Position numbers and translations under genes: made by a program | Notes under the pieces: generated by a model | The model's database searches: none | What the model saw: the letters and a program-made list of their open reading frames with translations, nothing else | What the model was told of the DNA's origin: nothing | Shown: piece by piece, positions 27,157 through 41,739 of the stretch | Numbering within the stretch: the stretch's first letter is position 1 | Layout: the number at the start of each line of letters is the position of its first letter | Origin: Octopus vulgaris | Taxonomy: Eukaryota | Length of the DNA stretch: 64,000 nt | Direction: 5' to 3' | Assembly (NCBI GenBank): GCA_951406725.2 | Contig: OX597839.1 | Span: forward strand, 10,602,001-10,666,000

Positions 27157-27562
27157 TACCGGAGTAAACTCATAAATGTGAAACAAGGTGGAAAAAAGAG
27201 TACTCAAATACCAGAGGTAGAGTAATATGCTTTATTTAAAAGCAGCAGAAATGTAACAAAAGCTGTTACTCGGAGTTTCACGTTCCCGTTCGTCGGACAG
27301 TTTTGTTAACATGCTGGAACACCGCCTTTTAGTCGAGCAAATCGTCCCCAGGACTTATTCTTTGTAAGCCTAGTACTTATTCTATCGGTCTCTTTTGCCG
27401 AACCGCTAAGTTACGGGGACGTAAACACACCACCATCGGTTGTCAAGCGATGTTGGGGGGGGGGGACAAACACAGACACACAAACTGTCCGACGAACAGG
27501 AACGTGAAACTCCGAGTAACAGCTTTTGTTAAATTTCTGCTGCTTTTAAATAAAGTATATAT
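27157..27562. mobile_element. Inverted pair of HHR-bearing PLE termini (27157-27308 -, 27482-27562 +) enclosing a SINE A 3' half
   Basis: CTGTCCGACGAACRGGAACGTGAAACTCCGAGTAACAGCTTTTGTT on both strands. Confidence 0.8.
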
Positions 27563-27579
27563 ATATGTATACAGATACC

Positions 27580-27812
27580 TATTTCTTTATTACCCACAAG
27601 GGGCTAAACACAGAGGGGACAAACAAGGACAGACATAGGTATTAAGTTGATTATATCGACCCCAATGCGTAACTGGTACTTAATTTATCGACCCCGAAAG
27701 GATGAAAGGCAAAGTCGACCTCGGCGGAATTTGAACTCACAACGTAACGCCAGACGAAATGCCGCTAAGCATTTCGCCCGGCGTGCTAATGTTTCTGCCA
27801 GCTCGCCGCCGG
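27580..27812 (-). mobile_element. SINE B, full length
   Basis: Consensus match. Confidence 0.9.
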
Positions 27813-27964
27813 GATACCGACACCGGGACACACTCACACATACACATGGGCACACGCATATAACAGTAAGTACTTTTTCGTTTGCAACCGAAAATGTCGA
27901 TCATGTTACATTTCTGTGAAGACATCACACATGATGAGCAGCTGTCACAAAATGTCATGAACGT

Positions 27965-28195
27965 ACTACGTCCCAATACAATATGATGCTGTCAATACAA
28001 AAGACCATCCTGTAATAAATATAGAGAGAATCTCCCTGTTATTGAATAGGTACACAGACACCAAGATAAGGAATACTGGTGGAGCATTCCCATCAAAACT
28101 TCTGTCAAGTTTAAGCATAAAAGGCCGGACATTGTTACCTGGGAGGACAAGAAAAGTCATGTGCAGCCATAGAGGTCAGCTGTCCTGCTGATACT
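27965..28195 (+). pseudogene. Restriction-like endonuclease fragment of an R4/Dong-type element
   Basis: EYWWSIPIKTSVKFKHKRPDIVTWED, then frameshifted IEVSCPAD (PD..D/E motif). Confidence 0.65.
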
Positions 28196-28487
28196 CTTAC
28201 TCTTTATTCTTTTACTCTTTTACTTGATGAAACACACCGAAATCACGTGATTTCGGTGTGTTTTGCGCCTCATCAGTAGTAGGTAATCACTAATACTGCA
28301 TGGTGGCTGATTCTCCTTTCTACCGATATACAGAGAAACAACGACTGATATCGTTAGAAGCAAAAAAATAGAGCAAACCGCTAAAATCCATACGTCTCAT
28401 TTTACATCTAGATGTAAACATTTGTCAAAACTTCAAAGAGAATTGTAGCATTGCTCGCCAGGTGCGGCAGCATCTGGTGACGAGGAC

Positions 28488-28722
28488 TAAGGTGGCGAGA
28501 TGGCAGAATCGTTAGCACGCCGGGCAAAATGCGTAGCTCTATTCGGTCTGCCGTTGCGTTCTGAGTTCAAATTCCGCCGAGGTCGACTTTGCCTTTCATC
28601 CTTTCGGGGTCGATAAATTAAGTACCAGTTACGCACTGGGGTCGATATAATCGACTTAATCCGTTTGTCTGTCCTGGTTTGTCCTCTCCGTGTGTAGCCC
28701 CTTGTGGACAGTAAAGAAAAAA
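28488..28722 (+). mobile_element. SINE B, full length
   Basis: Consensus match. Confidence 0.9.
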
Positions 28723-28984
28723 GGACTGAGGTTTTGGGTTGCATTTTCACCAGCATAGCAACAGCTTAATCACTAGAACGTGTTGTGACTTATGGTGATT
28801 CATGAGTCCCTTTATGACTCTCCATTAGCAAATTCTGACTCACAGTGATCTTAAAACACGTAAGCACAGCCAGGGACAGAGACAAACTGATACAGAAACA
28901 CACACGCGCGCATATGTGTATGTACACACACACACACACACACATACATACATACATACATACATACATACATACATACATACG

Positions 28985-29394
28985 TGGGTGAGTGGTAAGA
29001 AGCTTGCTTCCCAACCACATGGTTCCAAGTTCAGTCCCACTGCGTGGCATCTTAGGTAAGTGCCTTCTACTATAGCCACGGGCTAACCAAAGCCTTGTGA
29101 ATGGATTTCGTACACAGAAACTAAAAGAAACCTGTCGTATATATGTATATGTGTGTGTGTGTGTGTGTGTGTATTTATATTATATACTTTGTATGTGTGC
29201 TTGTCACCTCACCATCGCTCTACAACCGATGGTGGTGTGTTTACAACCCGTAACTTTGCGGTTCGGCAAAGGAGGGCGATAGTATATGTACTGGGCTTAC
29301 AAAAAATAAGTCCAGTTCTCGATTTCTTTAACTAAATCTCTTTAAAGCGGTGCTCCAGCATGGCTGCAGTCAAATGACTGAACCAAGTAAAACA

Positions 29395-29395
<1 letters not shown>
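28985..29395 (+). mobile_element. SINE A, diverged
   Basis: Both halves are recognisable. Confidence 0.85.
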
Positions 29396-29436
<41 letters not shown>

Positions 29437-29598
29437 ACATTTGTATGTCTGTGTGTCACCCTGTGTGTCCCAGTACGTGTGCTCCGTTTTAAAACCTGAT
29501 GTTGCTGTGTCCTTTAACAAAGCGCTGCTCCAGTATGACCGCGATCTATTGGCTGCAACCTGTGGAAAGAAATATACAATATATTATCGCTTTTGTTT

Positions 29599-29635
<37 letters not shown>

Positions 29636-30023
29636 TGTGTGTGTGTGCTTGTGTGTGTGTGCTTGTGTGTGCGTGTGTGTGTGTGCTTGTATGTGTGTAT
29701 GTGTGTGTATGCTTGTGGTTGTGTGTGTATACTTGTGTGTGTGTGTGTATGTGTATGCTTGTGTGTGTATGCTTGTGTGTGTGTGTATGCTTGTGTGTGT
29801 GTGTGTGTGCATGTTTGTGTGTGTGCGTGTGTGTGTGTATGTGTGTGCTTGTGTGTGTTTTCTCACAGTTACGTCAAGCTGCGACATAGATGAGATGAGG
29901 AGAAAAAAAATGTTTTTCAAAAAAAAATATATGTAAAGCTAAAGGAAAAGAAAGTATAAAAAAATAAAAAGAAGCCAAACAACCTGTGGAAAAAAACTTG
30001 CTGTTAATATATATTTGACTTAC

Positions 30024-30322
30024 TTTATCTAACATGGCAGCCACCTGTCAGAGATATCCGGTTAACTGCGGCATGAGGGCTGACAGACAAGCTGACAGAC
30101 GGGCCTGGGAGTTTAGCTCTAATATGGCGGCTGTACGTGAGAAATACCCGGATGACTGCGATCGACCAACAACGATAACAGTGGGAGACAATACAGACGA
30201 TATATAAGTTTTGTTAGCTATCTGTATTTAATGCAGAAACATGCGAGATGAGGCTGTGTTCGTATCGAAATGAATCTATCGGCAATCGATTAAGCTATCA
30301 GAAGCTTCTATTTCGTATTCAT
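30024..30322 (-). other. Candidate non-coding exon / regulatory island
   Basis: Donor AAA|GTAAGT at 30023; possible acceptor TTGTAG at 30323; contains YY1-like and TGACAG motifs. Confidence 0.3.
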
Positions 30323-30492
30323 CTACAACGCACACACACACACACAGACACGCATACACACACGCACACACATCTAGTGCCTACACACACACTAGTACGC
30401 TCACAACACGTACACACGCCTACACACACACTCGCACACGTATATCTACGCACACATATAACCACAGACACGCTGGCACTATCATTGAATCC

Positions 30493-30565
30493 ATACATAC
30501 ATAAATGCACATCTATTGAGCAAGTGTTTATATGCATATGTACATACATTCATACATATATGTAC

Positions 30566-30602
<37 letters not shown>

Positions 30603-31135
30603 GCGTGTGTAAGTCTGTGTGTATATGTGAGTGTTTGTTTGTATATATAAAATGTACATATATACACATACATATATATATATATAAATATTTAAGTATG
30701 TATGCATGTATCTACAAATAAATAAATATGTATACATACATACATAAATGCACATCTATTCAACAAGTGTTTATATGCATATGTACATACATTCATGCAT
30801 ATATATATGTGTGTGTATGTGTGTATATGTGTGTGTTTGTATGTATATATAAAATGTACATATATACACATATATATAAACATTTAAGTATGTATGCATG
30901 TATCTACAAATAAATAAATATGCATATATACATACATAAATGCACATCTATTCAACAAGTGGTTATATGCATATGTACATATATTCGTACATATATATAT
31001 ATATATGTATGTGTGTATATGTGTATATGTGTGTATGTTTGTATGTATATATAAAATGTACATATATACACATACATATATATAAACATTTAAATATGTA
31101 TGCATATATCAACAAATAAATAAATATGCATACAT
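30493..31135. repeat. Three tandem ~200-240-bp microsatellite-rich units
   Basis: CATAAATGCACATCTATT...AAATAAATAAATATG recurs three times. Confidence 0.88.
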
Positions 31136-31281
31136 ACATTCATACATACATACATACATGCATGCATACATACATACATACATACATACATACATACAAA
31201 CATACATACATACATACATACATACACACATACACATACATACACACACATACATACATGCATGCATACATACATACATAC

Positions 31282-31312
<31 letters not shown>

Positions 31313-31734
31313 CATACATACATACATAACACTCCTTAATCTCCATATACTTGCAAGCAAAACAAAGAATATATATAAAATAAGTTCACCACATACTCCA
31401 ATTTCCAGCGAATCGACATCACTAAAACATAAAACAAAGCCTACGAATACATACATTCCTGTATGCACATAAGCAAAATAATTCATCTTCCAACTAGAAA
31501 TTGGAGGTCAGGTGGATATCCTCAGCATGCACAGGCCTTACATTACTCTTAAGGACCATAAGGCCAATCTTTTTGCAAGGCCAAATACATGCTAATGAGC
31601 TTCTCCCCAAAAGTGGATGGAGAATAGTTTAACTATGCACTTTCAACGCCATTAACATGAAAATGCGGCCGTTATTAACTGATTTCATAGCATTTAAAAC
31701 AAGCCATGTTGCATATAATCCGCCATCAATTGTG

Positions 31735-32298
31735 TTGGGTTGTCTCGAAAGTTCGTGCCGAATTTTAAAGGAAAAAAAAGGGTCAATAAATACTTGCCAT
31801 TACATTTTTAATCAACCAAATATGAACCATTTTGTTGCACAATGCATCTCCATCTTTCCTTTAACTTGAAAATACCCTCTTCCTAGATTTGAGGTGATTT
31901 CATGGCAAAGAATTCATCAAGGTATCTTTTTACGTCATCCAAGGAATTGAAATTTTTTACCATTAAGACTATTCTTCAGATACCTAAATAAGTGGAAATC
32001 CGAAGGGGCAATATCTGGTGAATATGGAGGGTGGGGTAACACATCCCAGCCGAGCTGCAGCAATTTTTGTCTGGTTCCCAAAGCATCAAGTACCGAAAAT
32101 GAACTCTCTCATCTTCCATTTTAAAGGATTACAGAATTAACACAGGTTATAGGAACATAAACCTTCTTCCACGAAAATATAGCTTAAACTGTGCTCTAAA
32201 TGGAGTAGTCAAATCGTATTTTATGGACTCAACCATGTTCTAAAATAAGTCGAAAGGTAAGCTACTATAAATCGGCACGAACTTTCCGGACAACCCAA
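31735..32298 (-). mobile_element. Internally deleted mariner element (mellifera-like)
   Basis: TIR TTGGGTTGTCYSGAAAGTTCGTGCCGA at both ends, TA at right; MEDERVHFRYLM joined out of frame to LGWDVLPHPPYSPDIAPSDFHLF. Confidence 0.92.
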
Positions 32299-33374
32299 TA
32301 CCGCCATCTACCCCTTTCTCACTAAATCACGTTCTTCGTTAAAGCTCTAGATTTCGAGAAGGAATTCAAAACAGCGACTTGAATACAAAGAAAATGAGAG
32401 AAAGGAATTTACTGTAATACATACAATACAATACATACTTATCTATTTTCTCCAAACTGGGAACGTACATTATTTATGTTCGACAGATGGTTTTATACTC
32501 TTGAAATTTTTCAAGGGCAGAAAATTCCCTTTTCTGGGCTACGTACGACTGCCTGCATGGTCCACACATTGCTTCTATTCAAACTACAAAAAGCAGTTGC
32601 TGAAATGATTATATGTAGGTTGTATTAAATGAATGAACCGATGTAGACTTCAAACAGCATAGTCTAAGTGGTAGCAATAATAACCTGTTCCCGTAGTACC
32701 ATAGATCGCAATTTGTTGGAATAAAAACCGTTTGGAACACACTATGAAAATTATGCTAAAATATATTAAATCTTGTGCAACTATTCAACATCGAAGAGGC
32801 CAGGGAACAGAAGAAAGAAGACATGCACCCAACACCAGAGCTGAAGACACCTCCGAAAGGGGGGGCGCCACGTCAAAGCAGTAGAGGAGTAGGGGCCCAA
32901 ACCGGACGTGGTTCCTCCTGATGATGTCTTGAGCTAACTGGATCCTATAAAGGAGCTGTTGTGGTAGCTGACCACGAAACACGGTTGTAATTCCTCCTAG
33001 CTTCAGTATCAAAGTCTTCCTTCTAAGCATAGACGAATCCCATTCAAATATTCTTCAGCTATTGATTACAAACCGAAATACCACATGTACATTTATCTAC
33101 TAATTTATAGTGTCTGAAACCCCAACCATCGTGTCCTTGATGTGACCTTACGTGCCTAGACACTGCATGCAGAATTGTTTTCATTTGGGAGTTATGTTGT
33201 CCTAACAATGGAGGTGAACGGTTGAGCCTCGACAATTGATTCCAAACCGAAATATCGCATGACAGTGTTGTTTTCATGCGCTTCCTTGCCAGTCCCCACC
33301 TAACCACGTCATTTCTTTCATGTAGATTTCTCTCATGTGGTGCTGTTGAACGCGCCCACAGACTTAATTTATCA

Positions 33375-33585
33375 CTGACAGACTCGTTAGCACGCCGGGC
33401 GAAATGTGTAGTCGTATTTCGTCTGCCGTTACGTTCTGAGTTCAAATTCCGCCGAGGTCGACTTTGCCTTTCATCCTTTCGGGGTCGATAAATTAAGTAC
33501 CAGTTACGCCCTGGGGTCGATGTAATCGACATAATCCGTTTGTCCCCTCTGTGTTTAGCCCCTTGTGGGCAGTAGTGAAATACAT
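33375..33585 (+). mobile_element. SINE B
   Basis: Consensus match. Confidence 0.88.
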
Positions 33586-33880
33586 AGATGTAGTTCCTAT
33601 GTCTGCAGCACCGACATTCGCTAAGGAGAGTACATCCACTTACAGTTTTTGGTGCGTTCAAAAGTCACATGCCCCCACCTACATTTCCATGACAAGGTTA
33701 GGGCCTGGACTCTTCCAAACAGACGCATGACATGTTACTTAGTCGAATTAGCCATTCATTTATTCCACAAATGCTGCACTTCTCTGTATTACATGTTTCA
33801 ACTTAACTGTACCATGTATGAAAACTGTGCCATTTAATTCCCAGGCAACGCCGGGTATATCTGCAAGTGTATATACACAT

Positions 33881-33913
<33 letters not shown>

Positions 33914-33941
33914 CATATATATATACATACATACATATATA

Positions 33942-34602
33942 TCCTCTTGCGAGCGTGACCTAGGCATCACTGTCAGCAGTGATTTGCGTTGGACAAAGCA
34001 TATCTCTAAAATTGTCAAGAAGGCCGAGGGTGTCTTGGCATCACTCAGCAAGACTTTTGTTAGCCGCTCTCCAGCCATCTACTTAAAACTGTATACAGCT
34101 ATGGTACGACCACACTTGGAATTCGCATCATCAGTTTGGAATCCCTATCTTGCTCATAACATTGACCTCCTGGAATCTGTCCAGAGACGTGCAACCAAAC
34201 GCATACCCTCCATCAGACACCTACCATATTCTGAGCGCCTTGTTTCCCTGGGCATGGATTCACTGAAGCTCCGGCGTCTGGCGACGGACTTGGTAAACAC
34301 CCACAAGGTTATCAACCACCTCACCAACAACAACACTGAACACCTTTTTGATCTCCATGTGTCTAACACACGTGGACATGCCTACAAAGTCAGAAAACAG
34401 CACAGCTCCCATGACTTTCGGAAACATTTTTTCACGCTCAGAGTTGCTGAAGCATGGAATAAATTGCCTGCGTCAGTTGTTGACTGCCATGACACTGCAT
34501 CCTTTAAGGCCCTCATGCTTTCCGAAATCCGCCGAACCTACACCTGATTATATATACACTTTAGATGAGTTGTAGTGCACCTGAGCACTGTACACAATTA
34601 TT

Positions 34603-34620
<18 letters not shown>
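33942..34620 (+). mobile_element. 5'-truncated CR1-clade LINE with intact ORF2 C-terminus, 3'UTR stem-loop and (TTA)n tail
   Basis: ERDLGITVSSDL, LYTAMVRPHLEFASSVWNP, LESVQRRATK, TRGH, FFTLRVAEAWNKLP; AGTGC-ACCTGA-GCACT hairpin. Confidence 0.93.
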
Positions 34621-34659
<39 letters not shown>

Positions 34660-34709
34660 ATATATATACATACATATACAAATATGTATGTATACATACA
34701 CACACACAC

Positions 34710-34741
<32 letters not shown>

Positions 34742-35164
34742 GTCAGTGTGTGCATATATGAATGTATAGCGCTAAGTCTATCGAGATACTTCACCAAAAC
34801 TGCTCAGGAATATAATACATACTTATCAATAGAGAAGAGCACGCATGCGCGCGCAATATAAACCTTCGTAAAAATATACACACATATATATCTATGTGTG
34901 TGTGTGTGTATGTGTGTTAGTTCGAATGTCTGTATTAGTTATTGATCTCTCCACTATTTCACGAGTATTATAGACGAATAAAAAAATCGATAAATCTATA
35001 ATTAATATGTAGGTGAAGGGTTCCTTTGACCAGAACCTGAAAACCAGTTCGGACTGGTTAGACTGTCCCAAACAGGACCATGTGGTGTCAGTGTGTTGGT
35101 GCACGCGCGCATTTGCGTGTATACTTCTATTTATATATGTATGTGTTGCGTAGTGAGCGTTTAC

Positions 35165-35313
35165 AGGCGCAGGAGTGGCTGTGTGGTAAGTAGCTTGCTA
35201 ACCAACCACATGGTTCCGGGTTCAGTCCCACTGCGTGGTATCTTGGGAAAGTGTCCTCTGCCTTGTGAGTGGATTTGGTAGACGGAAACTGAAAGAAGCC
35301 TACCGTATATATG

Positions 35314-35369
<56 letters not shown>

Positions 35370-35747
35370 TATGTGTTTGTGTGTCTGTGTTTGTCCCCCC
35401 AACATCACTTGACAACCGATGCTGGTGTGTTTACGTCCCCGTCACTTAGCGGTTCGGCAAAAGAGACCGATAGTATAAGTATTGGGCTTACAAAGATTAT
35501 GTCCCGGGGTCGATTTGCTCGACTAAAAGACGGTGCTCCAGCATGGCCGCAGTCAAATGACTGAAACAAGTAAAGAGTAAAGTGATAGGCACGTGTCTAT
35601 GTATGCGTATTTATATATATAGATATGATATATATTTAGTAATAGATGTGGTTCCCGGTTCAGTCCCACGTGTCTTCCGTTGTAGCCCCGAGCTAACCAA
35701 AGCCTTGTTGAGTGGAGTCTGGTTGGCCGAATCTTTGTGGAAGAACG

Positions 35748-35824
<77 letters not shown>

Positions 35825-36050
35825 CGTGTGTGCGCGTGTGTGTGTGCGTGAGAGTGGGTAGGTGTGTTTGACAAGCGATGTTGGTGTGATTACGTCCCCG
35901 AAACTTAGCAATTCGGTAAAAGAGAGTGATATAATAAGTACTAGGCTTACAAAGAATACGTCTTGGGGTCGATTTCTTCGACTAAAGGTGGTGCTCCAGC
36001 ACGGCCGTAGTCAAATGACTGAAACAAATAAAAGAATATCAGTAAATAAA
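35165..36050 (+). mobile_element. Two SINE A copies (35165-35583; diverged 35645-36050)
   Basis: Consensus match. Confidence 0.88.
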
Positions 36051-36090
36051 TAAAAGATGCTTACATCACTTCTGGCAAATTCTTTTTAGC

Positions 36091-37157
<1,067 letters not shown>

Positions 37158-37214
37158 TATACATATATATATATATATATACATATATATGTATATATAT
37201 ATACATATATATAC

Positions 37215-37245
<31 letters not shown>

Positions 37246-37348
37246 TACATATATACATACATGCAGAGTGAGGGGGAGACAGACAAATAAATAGGTAAAT
37301 ATATGTACATATTTGTTTGTATTTGTATGTATGTACGTACGTACGTAG

Positions 37349-37379
<31 letters not shown>

Positions 37380-37425
37380 TTGAATAATAATTATGTCTTC
37401 TCTGCTCGATATAATAGGTACTTAC

Positions 37426-37745
37426 CTTGGATCCTGTTTGCCTTTCTCTTTCAAACAAGACTATTAGCGACAATTATTGATGCGTGTGCGTAGGGAACGT
37501 GTGTGCGTGTGCGCGTGTGTGCGTGTGCGCGTGTGCGCGTGTGTGCGTATGCGCGTGTGCGCGTGTGTGCGTGTGTGCGTGTGCGCGTGTGCGTGTGAGG
37601 CGTGTGCGCGTGTGCGCGTGTGTGCGTGTGCGCGTGTGTGCGTGTGCGCGTGTGTGCGTGTGCGAGCGAGCGTCTTATTCTGACCGCTCCTTACAGTTCT
37701 AGATGATCTTGTCTTTATATTCATTTACAGCCGCCATATTCTTTA
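37426..37745 (-). promoter_or_regulatory. Candidate first exon/promoter: YY1-like site, CpG-rich (GT/GC)n tract, strong donor
   Basis: AATATGGCGGC (rc 37730-40); AAG|GTAAGT at 37425. Confidence 0.35.
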
Positions 37746-37817
37746 AATGTATTTTCTTTAGTTTCTGACCACTCCTACTGTCCCATTCACTTTTTCTCCT
37801 CCTTGCGATTCATGTCT

Positions 37818-37866
<49 letters not shown>

Positions 37867-38024
37867 AGGTAGGTCTTATTTTGTAAATGTCCCTTTATCT
37901 GTTGCCTCAAAGCGCATCTTACTAAATTCCTACCATCACCGACTTGGCCGTTACCTCCCCCCCTCATCCATTTCAAACGGACCGGACTTACTACAAACTT
38001 TGACTACTTCTCCCACATATTTTA

Positions 38025-38295
38025 CAACGGCGGGCAGCTGGGCAGAACCGTTAGCTCGCCCTCTCTCCCACAATCTCTTCCGTGTTATTTTGTACCTAGA
38101 CAATGAGACTTTCGTCTGCCGCTACGTCCTGAGTTCAAATTCCGCCGAGGTCGACTTTGCCTTTCATCCTTTCGGGGTCGATAAATTAAGTACCATTTAC
38201 GCTCTGGGGTCGATGTAATCGACTTAATCCGTGTGTCTGTCCTTGTTTGTCCCCTCTACGTTTAGCCCCTTGTGGGCAATAAAGAAATAAGAAAT
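38025..38295 (+). mobile_element. SINE B, interrupted
   Basis: Head and body separated by ~50 bp of foreign sequence. Confidence 0.8.
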
Positions 38296-38828
38296 AAATT
38301 TGGGGGGGGTGAAGTGAGAGGTGATCTTCGAGGCAACAAGAGATATGACCGAAGTGGTAGTGGTGGTGGTGATGGTGGTGGTGGTGGTGGTGGCGGTGGT
38401 GGTGGTGGTGGTGGTCTTGGTGGTAAGAGATATTCAGAGAGTGGTAGAAGAAGCAGATATTAATTCGTATTTGTTTAAATGTTGCTAAGTAGGAAATGTT
38501 TTTATCTACTTCACTCAGAAGTGTTATTTAAACAACTAAAAAAGGAAGCTGAGCTGATGATATCTCACTCTGCGTGTTACCGTAAACAAGAGGAATGGAA
38601 GGAATAGAGTGGGCATCAAAGAAGAGACAACGATTGTGATAGTGATGGCGGTGATGAAGGGGTCGAAGAGAGTGGAGTGGAAATGATGAAGGAGGAGGCT
38701 TAGGAATATGTCTATCGCTTATCACATCACAAGCTGCGGTCCATGTCCATATTTATTAAGTCTGGCAGTGTTCCTATCTCCATTGTGTTCGCGTAAAAGA
38801 TTTTACGTCAGCGAGCAGTGGGGGTTTA

Positions 38829-40190
38829 CTGCAGTGGAGGATTGCCAGTGGATGATTGCAGTTAATGATTTCAGTGGATAATTGCAGTGGATGATTGCAG
38901 TGGATGATTGCCAGTGGAAGATTGCAGTTGATAATTGCAGTGGAAGATTGCAGCGGATGATTGCAGTGGATGATTGCAGTGGATGATTGCAGTGGATGAT
39001 TGCCAGTGGATGATTGCAGTGGATGATTGCCAGTGGAAGATTGCAGTTGATAATTGCAGTGGATGATTGCAGTGGATGATTGCCAGTGGATGATTGCAGT
39101 GGATGATTGCCAGTGGATGATTGCAGTGGATGATTGCCAGTGGAAGATTGCAGTTGATAATTGCAGTGGATAATTGCAGTGGAAGATTGCAGTTGATAAT
39201 TGCAGCGGATGATTGCAGTGGAAGATTGCAGTTGATAATTGCAGTGGATGATTGCAGTGGATGATTGCCAGTGGATGATTGCAGTGGATGATTGCAGTGG
39301 TTGAATGCCAGTGGAAGATTGCAGTTGATAATTGTAGTTGATAATTACAGTGGATGATTGCCAGTGGAAGATTACAGTGGATAATTGCAGTGGATGATTG
39401 CAGTGGATGATTGCAGTAGCTGATTGCCAGTGGATGATTGCCAGTGGAAGATTGCAGTTGATAATTGCAGTGGAGGATTACAGTGGATGATTGCCAGTGG
39501 AAGATTGCAGTTGATAATTGCAGTGGATGATTGCCAGTGGATAATTGCAGTGGTTGATTGCCAGTGGATGATTGCAGTGGATGATTGCCAGTGGAAGATT
39601 GCAGTTGATAATTGCAGTGGATGATTGCAGTGGATGATTGCCAGTGGATGATTGCAGTGGATGATTGCAGTGGATGATTGCCAGTGGATGTTTGCCAGTG
39701 GATGATTGCAGTGGATGATTGCCAGTGGATGATTGCAGTGGATGATTACAGTGGATGATTGCAGTGGTTGATTGCCAGTGGATGATTGCCAGTGGAAGAT
39801 TGCAGTTGATAATTGCAGTGGATGATTACAGTGGAAGATTGCAGTTGATGATTGCAGTGGATGATTGCCAGTGGAAGATTACAGTGGATGATTGCAGTGG
39901 ATGATTGCCAGTGGATGTTTGCCAGTGGATGATTGCAGTGGATGATTGCCAGTGGATGATTGCAGTGGATGATTGCAGTGGATGATTGCAGTGGTTGATT
40001 GCCAGTGGAAGATTGCAGTTGATAATTGCTGTGGATGATTGCCAGTGGAAGATTACAGTTGATAATTGCAGTCGATGATTGCAGTGGATGATTGCAGTGG
40101 ATGTTTGCCAGTGGATGATTGCAGTGGAAGATTGCAGTGGATAATTGCAGCAGAATATGGTAGTGAATGATTACAGCAGATGATTGCAAC
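38829..40190. repeat. 13/14-bp satellite, ~100 units (GATGATTGC[C]AGTG and variants)
   Basis: Direct reading. Confidence 0.97.
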
Positions 40191-40234
40191 TTTTGCCTAA
40201 CAGTCAGCATCAGCTTGAAATATAAAAAATACGA

Positions 40235-40740
<506 letters not shown>

Positions 40741-41023
40741 AACATTGTGAGGGTCTCTGATGTCCGGGCACATGTGCATGCACACGAACGTCCATAAATG
40801 TACACAGACGGGTACGAACATGCCTATGTGTTGACATCGATATATATATATATATACGTATTTCTGATGCAGCCAGTCGTTTGGGGTACCCCAAGAGACG
40901 CTTTCATGGTCAGCCGCCGCCACTGGTCTCTGTTCTATTTCATATGTAACAGGTCTACTGTGCAGTGACCTGTCCAGTTGTCTCTTTCTCTTTCCCTCAA
41001 CTCTACCCTGGAGAATAGTTTTG

Positions 41024-41437
41024 GGATCTTTTCGGTTTCAACGGCAGTTTTTAACATAATTTCTAGGTAACTAAAAAATTTTAAACTTCGTATACTGGTA
41101 GAATGTGTTTATAAAACATCTTTTTCTCTTGGCTTTATTGAGAAAATTCTATGGTTTGTAAGATATTTGTTGTTTTTTTCTTCAATTTCTGCAATTTCAA
41201 CCAATCAATGACCGTCTATTGAGGTGAAAACATTCTGTGCCGTATGAATATGTCCCTCGTTTAAGAAACAGATTGGGTTTATTGACATTTGTGAAGAAAA
41301 AAGATACCCTTCCCCCTACCCCCACTCTAACCCTAAAACCGATTGAAATGCAATAGATCGGTACTAGGGTCATAATTATGAGTGACAATTTCATATGACA
41401 CCACTTGAAGAAACTGCCGTTTAAACCGAAAAGGTCT
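41024..41437. mobile_element. Merlin-like MITE with 8-bp TSD
   Basis: GG-starting ~27-bp TIR; TAGTTTTG at 41016-23 and 41438-45. Confidence 0.8.
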
Positions 41438-41739
41438 TAGTTTTGGACAAGGAGTTGCGGCAGGATACATGACCGTGAGCGTACAAGGAAAGCTTCATCT
41501 TTTTACCTTTTTATCTGCCATGGATGTATGTATGTATGTATGTATGTGTGTATGTGTGTGTATGTATGTGTGTGTATGTATGTATGTGTGTGTATGTATG
41601 TATGTATGTATGTATGTATGTATGTGTATGTATGTATGTATGTAGGTAGGTAGGTGTGTATGTATGTATGTGTGTATGTGTGTGTGTGTATGTATGTATG
41701 TATGTATGTATGTATGTATGTAGGTAGGTAGGTAGGAAG

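Noticed and set aside
32840-32985. Hammerhead-like words CTGAAGA and CTGATGA
   Set aside because: Could not assemble stem I, GAAA and UH in register; at best a heavily decayed remnant
39424-40210. Cys/His/Trp-rich repetitive ORFs in the satellite
   Set aside because: 13/14-bp units shift frame constantly and most of the array has stops
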